From Eledone cirrhosa (lineage: Eukaryota): 64,000 nt of DNA. This document shows positions 58,517-64,000 of this stretch, piece after piece. Every line of letters begins with the position of its first letter. The first letter of the stretch is position 1. The stretch covers positions 19,530,001-19,594,000 of the forward strand of contig OZ024747.1 of assembly GCA_964016885.1 (NCBI GenBank). The letters run 5' to 3'. The translations under genes were made by a program, and so were the position numbers. The notes below the pieces were generated by a model that was given only the letters and a program-made list of their open reading frames with translations, was not told the DNA's origin and did no database searches.

Positions 58517-60192
58517 GTTCTTCTGATTTTATAATTTCACAAAGTTTTACCAATAGAGAGAGAGTCGGTTTCTAACATAGACACAAGACTCTCTCATTAG
58601 AATTTACACATCAACTAGGTAGATATGTATGTATGCATGCATGTGTAGATATGGATGTTATTGTATGTGTGGATGTGTATGTTTTCAGTTGTATGTGTGC
58701 ATGTGTATATGCTTTGCATCTGTATATGTGTATATGCAGTTATTAGATGCAACATTTTTGGAATGTTTTACATATTTTTACTGTTTCATTAATGGATTGT
58801 ACTTGTAATTTCCTAACTAGTTGTGTTTTTTCTGTTCCTGTGAAGCCTAGTTTCTCAAGATTTGTATTGAGGGAGTTACTAACAAATCCCAGTGCCCTAA
58901 TAATTACAGGTATAAATCTGAAGGTGTAATCAGGGTAGAGTATCGGCAGATTTCTCATCACTTTTGCATAAATATTCTCCTTTTCACTAATCTTTGATAT
59001 TATATTGGCATCTGCTTGGCAGCTAATTTCCACTACTGTGCATGCTTTCTTCTCCCTGTCCCATATAATAATATCTGGTCTGTTTTGCCTGCATATTATT
59101 GGTCTGTGGCTGAGTGGTTAGAGAATTGGATTCGCAATCATAAGGTTGTGAGTTCGATTCCTGGACCAGGCGATGCGTTATGTCCTTGGGCAAGACACTT
59201 TATTTCACGTTGCTCCTTCTACCTGGAGTTGCGACCGATAGATAGTATTAGCAATTGGAAAGACCAACGGAAACATTGTTCCCTCGGTCCGATTTGACGA
59301 AAGTCGATCGACTCCTTTTATTATTGGTGTTTTTACTGGAACATTCCACCAGTACTCTTTCATATTATGTACATGGATGTCTTCCACATTGCTGTAGCTT
59401 TTAATGTGTTTATTATCGGGGCTATCTTTTTTACGAACTGCATCGTACAGTATTTTGGCCACTACATCATGCCTCATAGGTAGATAGTACCGCGATGAGA
59501 GCTTTGGAGAGCTGCTGTTGACATGGGTGATATCCTCGATGTTAGTTCTGCAGAGTCTGCACTTGTTATCACATCTAGGTGTTTTACCTGCATCCCTATC
59601 TCTTTTGTGAATCAGGTATTTCGTGTTAATTTCCTGTTCCTGGATTGAAAATGCGTATCCTTCGAAGTGGGAGCCAATATAGCGGTTGTTGGTCCAAGAT
59701 AGTCTACTTTCCTTATCTATATTACTCTCACCCTGGAGCTTCCTGGCAACATATCCATGCATAATATTTTGCGGATAAGCATTTTTTCATCCATGGATTC
59801 ACTGTGATACTGCTGAGCGACTTCCCTGCGTGTGAGTTTTTGATTTTCACACGGGGAATATCTCTCGAGGAGTTCCTTCCCAACTCTCATGATCTTATCT
59901 GTTTCATGCAGATAGACTTGCTCGAGAAACGGGCTCCTACGCTTCGAGGTTCGTAGATGTCGGAGAGATATGATGCGACATTCAAATGTCGTTCGGACAG
60001 ATGTTAGACCTCTGCCTCCCTGCTTACGTTTCAAGTAAAGGCGGTCTATGTCACTGTTGATGTGGAAGTTTTCGGTGTTGTTTAGTATTTTTCGAGTTCC
60101 AACATGAACTGCTCGGATTTCGTCTATCGTCCAATTGAGTATTCCAAACGTTGGCGTTAGGACAGGCACAGCAAACACATTGTGAGCCACTG
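58517..60192 (-). mobile_element. Dong/R4-clade non-LTR retrotransposon, 5'-truncated and disrupted
   Basis: RT C-terminus (AHNVFAVPVLTPTFG...RLYLKRKQGGRGL), zinc knuckle CRLC...HV, RHD motif and RLE tail (EISC.AD.NI..K..EK..Y, FIPVII.ALG); (CATA)n at both ends. Confidence 0.88.
59104..59318 (+). mobile_element. SINE family B inserted in the Dong/R4 element with 10-bp TSD
   Basis: TATTATTGGT at 59094-59103 and 59319-59328. Confidence 0.9.
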
Positions 60193-60228
60193 TTTTGTTT
60201 TGCGCATATGTATGTATGTATGTATGTT

Positions 60229-60752
60229 TAGTCGCCAACGACCCGACCATGAGGGTGACTTTGGACATCCTGCAAGACTAAAAATAAAACCAGTCAAAGG
60301 GCAAATTGCTCTTAAGAGTCAATGGCCATCCAAAATCACCGGCAGAGATGACCCCTTAGCCTTTATCAAGGCAGAATTCTAGGAGAAGGAAAACTCTGAT
60401 ATAACACCTGCAACCCTCATGGTATCCAATGATGTTGACTTGTTCTTCTTTTTGGTAAATATCATCTTGGTGAAAGGAGTGGGAGTGGATTTGTGCAGTG
60501 CCTTTGCTCACTATAAAAGCTTCACGGCACAGGCATTGCTTTATATCTGGAGATCTCTCTGCACTTGTCGTCACATGGTACCATGAGCCCAGCACTATGT
60601 GTCAATAATTGTCACAAGTGTAGTGTTTGTACCAGAGTTTTCAAGTCGCTGGCTGGACTAAAAAGTCACACTCGTTCAGCGCATCGGTAAGGGTTCTCCT
60701 ACATGGATATAAAGTAGTGGCCGTACTCGAAAACGAGTTGGCAGTCACCATG
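60229..60752 (+). mobile_element. Non-autonomous RTE-derived element, copy of 36719-37328
   Basis: High similarity to 36828-37328; short inverted 5' piece tttagtcgccaacgacccgaccatgag. Confidence 0.8.
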
Positions 60753-60844
60753 TATGTATGTATGTATGTATGTATGTATGTATGTATGTATGTATGTATG
60801 TATGTATGTATGTATGTATGCACGGATGCATGCATGTATGTATG

Positions 60845-61381
60845 TTCTTCTGGTTTTATAATTTCACAAATTTTTGCCACTAGAGAGAGTCGGTTTCTAA
60901 CTCTCTCATTGGAATTTACAGATATACTAGGTAGATATGTCTGCATGTCTGCATGCATGAGTAGGTATGGATGTTGTTATATGTGTGGATGTGTATGTTT
61001 TGATTTGTATCTGTGCATTTGCATACGCTTTGTATTTGTACATGTGTATATGCAGTTATTAGATGCAAAATGTTTGGAATGTTTTACATATTTTTACTGT
61101 TCCATTAATGCATTGTACTTGTAATTTCCTAACTAGTTGTGTTCTTTCTGTTCCTGTGAAGCCCAGCTTCTCAATATTTGTATTGAGGCAGTTACTAACA
61201 TACCCCAGTGCCCCAATAATCACAGGAATAAAACTGAAGGTATAATCAGGGTGCAGTATCGGCAGATTTCTCATTAGTTCTGCATAACTATTCTCCTTTT
61301 CGCTAATCTTTGATATTATATTGGCATCTGCTGGGTAGCTTAATTCCACTAGTGTGCATGCCGTCTTTTCCCTGTCCCATA
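60845..61381 (-). mobile_element. Dong/R4-clade LINE 3' fragment
   Basis: ELSYPADANIISKISEKENSYAELMRNL...FIPVIIGALG; ends in (CATA)n. Confidence 0.85.
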
Positions 61382-61398
61382 GTATGTATGTATGTTAT

Positions 61399-62020
61399 GT
61401 CGGGTCAGTATTGAGTGCTACTGGTAACATGTAACCCAGTACAACCTTTCACATGGTTGGGTCATTGGCGACTAAATCGGCAACCCCCACCAAGTTTACT
61501 TGGTGAGGAGGGTGATTTTGGATACTCTGCAGGACTAAAATACAAAACCTGACAAAGGGTGGAAGAGCTCATAAGAGTGAACGTCCATCCCAAAGTGTGT
61601 ATATATGCATATACATGTATGCATATGTATATGTGTATATATATATATATATGTATATATGTATATACATGTATGCATGTGTATGTATATACACAGGGAC
61701 ATAGAAATAATCGGGTTGGATACCTGATCACGTGGTTAAACCACTGGGAGTGAAGGACCCGTAGCCTGTGTCAGAGAACTCTTCGAAGAGAGGGCAACTC
61801 AGGAAACTTGGATAACTCCGACATAAAACCTGCGGCTCGGTAGTTTTTGGGTTATAGCTACTGTCACTCAGAGAGTGGGATTGGCTCAGTGCACAGTCTT
61901 TCCTCACTTAAAAGAAAAATCTTCACGCACAGGCATTACACGATAGCATTAATTGATAACTATTAATAATGTTATATTGTGCAATGGCCATACTCGATAA
62001 CGAGGGGGCAGCCATCATGT
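61399..62020 (+). mobile_element. Diverged RTE-derived non-autonomous element interrupted by a microsatellite
   Basis: 5' part matches 36720-36910; 3' end ggccatactcgataacgag...gcagccatcatg matches about 37294-37327. Confidence 0.7.
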
Positions 62021-62084
62021 ATGTATGCATGCATGTATGTATGTATGCATGTATGTACTGTTACATATTATGTATGTGTATGTT

Positions 62085-62243
62085 TTACACATTGCTGTAA
62101 CTTTTAATATGTTTGTTGTCGGGTCTATCTTTTCTACGGAATGCATTGTACAGTGATTTGGCCACTACATCATGCCTCATAAGTAGATAGTACCGTGATG
62201 ACATCTTTGGACAACTGCTTATGAAATGGGTGACATCTTCGAT
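62085..62243 (-). mobile_element. Dong/R4-clade LINE internal fragment
   Basis: IEDVTHFISSCPKMSSRYYLLMRHDVVAKSLY. Confidence 0.82.
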
Positions 62244-62516
62244 GTATGTATGTATGCATGCATGTCCAGTAAATCTCCAAAACTTCTGACTGAATATGCA
62301 CGTGAGATTTCTCCTCATTTTTCTCATTTACCCCGTTCCTTCCTCTTCTCACTCTTTATTTTTCTATTTTATCTTTTATTTCTAACTCTATCTTCCGATA
62401 CAGGACTAGTGTCCGAAACGGTAACACTCTTCTTCTGCGATTTCAAGCGTTAAACTAATATAATTCTTCAATGTACTGTGTCGTGTGATTTGCTTTGTTA
62501 CCTTTCTTTACTGTTT

Positions 62517-62707
<191 letters not shown>

Positions 62708-62823
62708 CAAATTATGTAATAAACCACAATATAATTATTCCATTATCCAAGGTTTCGCTAATACGTCTAATATCGCTCATCAGATAGAATCTTTATCAAC
62801 ACACACACACACACACACACACT

Positions 62824-62874
<51 letters not shown>

Positions 62875-63005
62875 TTACATACATAAATACCTAATATATA
62901 CCTTCCATATACTGTAACGATTGTGTTGTTATTTCTGTTTACCTTTTACATATATATACATATATATAATATATAAGATCAAAAGATGGTTAAATGAGTT
63001 CCATG

Positions 63006-63076
63006 TATTTTATTATGCGCATTTCAAAAACAAATATCATCATGCAATAACATTTGTGTTTTCATCAGATAAAATA
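63006..63076 (-). ncRNA. Type I minimal hammerhead ribozyme (family 10, second copy)
   Basis: Minus strand: tattttat-CTGATGA-stem II-GAAA-tgcgca-TA-ataaaata. Confidence 0.85.
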
Positions 63077-63326
63077 GGAGGACATGATATGAAGGTTAAA
63101 AACACTTGTGGATAGTGCAGTTATATGTATACTCCAGTCCTACAAACTGTAGAGTGCTTCTTATCCGATATCTGCATTGCTTTATTGTACTACAATAAAA
63201 CCCACCTCCTACATATACATATATATATATGAATTAACAACCCAACAAGGAACTGGGCATATCAGAGTATTGACAATATTATACACCTAAACAACATATG
63301 TACTTGTCTATACCATACTAATTCAA

Positions 63327-63381
63327 ACTGCCTGAAGAGGTCACAGCCAAAGATGGCTGTCACTGAAATATATATAGCAGT
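63327..63381 (+). ncRNA. Type I minimal hammerhead ribozyme (family 13)
   Basis: actgc-CTGAAGA-ggtc acagcca aaga tggctgt cact-GAAA-tatata-TA-gcagt followed by AATAAA. Confidence 0.85.
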
Positions 63382-63527
63382 AATAAACGAAGCTAAATTT
63401 TAATCATTTGACTTTTATTTAACTTTATTTTACACTACTCCGGAGTAACCAAACCAACCTGCGCACTTCGTCGAGTGCTCCAGCCTGCATACTGAGGTGT
63501 TGATATACAACCAACATAAACTCAAAA

Positions 63528-63560
<33 letters not shown>

Positions 63561-63852
63561 GTGTGTGTGCGTGTGTGTATGTGTGTGTGTGTGTGTGTGT
63601 GTAATAATTAAGACAATGCAAACGATACTGAGCCACGCAGTTAAAATGACGAGAAAAAATATTTAATTTGCCCTAGGGATATAATACGCAGCGTGTATGA
63701 AAACTGTCTCAGTTTTTTTATATAGTTCATGTATTTCAACATGCATATTCTGCAGCTTGTTTATAAATGAGTGCATATACATTATATATACATGCACACA
63801 CAGACATCTATATCTATATATATATATGTGTGTGTGTGTGTGTATTTGTGTT

Positions 63853-63901
<49 letters not shown>

Positions 63902-64000
63902 ATACGCACACATTCACCCATACACCCCCCATATATATATACATGGTGGCTGCCAACTCGTTTTCGAGTACGGCCACTACTTTATATCCATGTAGGAGAA

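Overview
Very AT-rich, microsatellite-dense animal genomic DNA (intergenic or deep intronic). I found no convincing host protein-coding exon. Nearly all listed ORFs are translations of (TA)n, (CA)n, (TATG)n or (CTT)n repeats. The repeat set suggests a cephalopod, probably an octopus (inference): two tRNA-derived SINE families, RTE, Dong/R4 and CRE LINE fragments, and a Tc1/mariner end. The main hidden signal is about 13 distinct sequence families (more than 20 copies) carrying type I hammerhead ribozyme (HHR) motifs, found by eye. Most sit directly in (TA)n tracts and many form fold-back inverted repeats or short tandem arrays, as expected for Penelope-like element (PLE) pseudo-LTRs and non-autonomous retrozyme-like derivatives. 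They include non-canonical catalytic cores (U3-A8 covariant, U4A), HHRs with very long stem II inserts, and a 558-bp non-coding monomer bounded by two identical HHRs. One family is physically linked to a CxCx5C/GIY-YIG coding fragment. Catalytic activity and expression are untested inferences.
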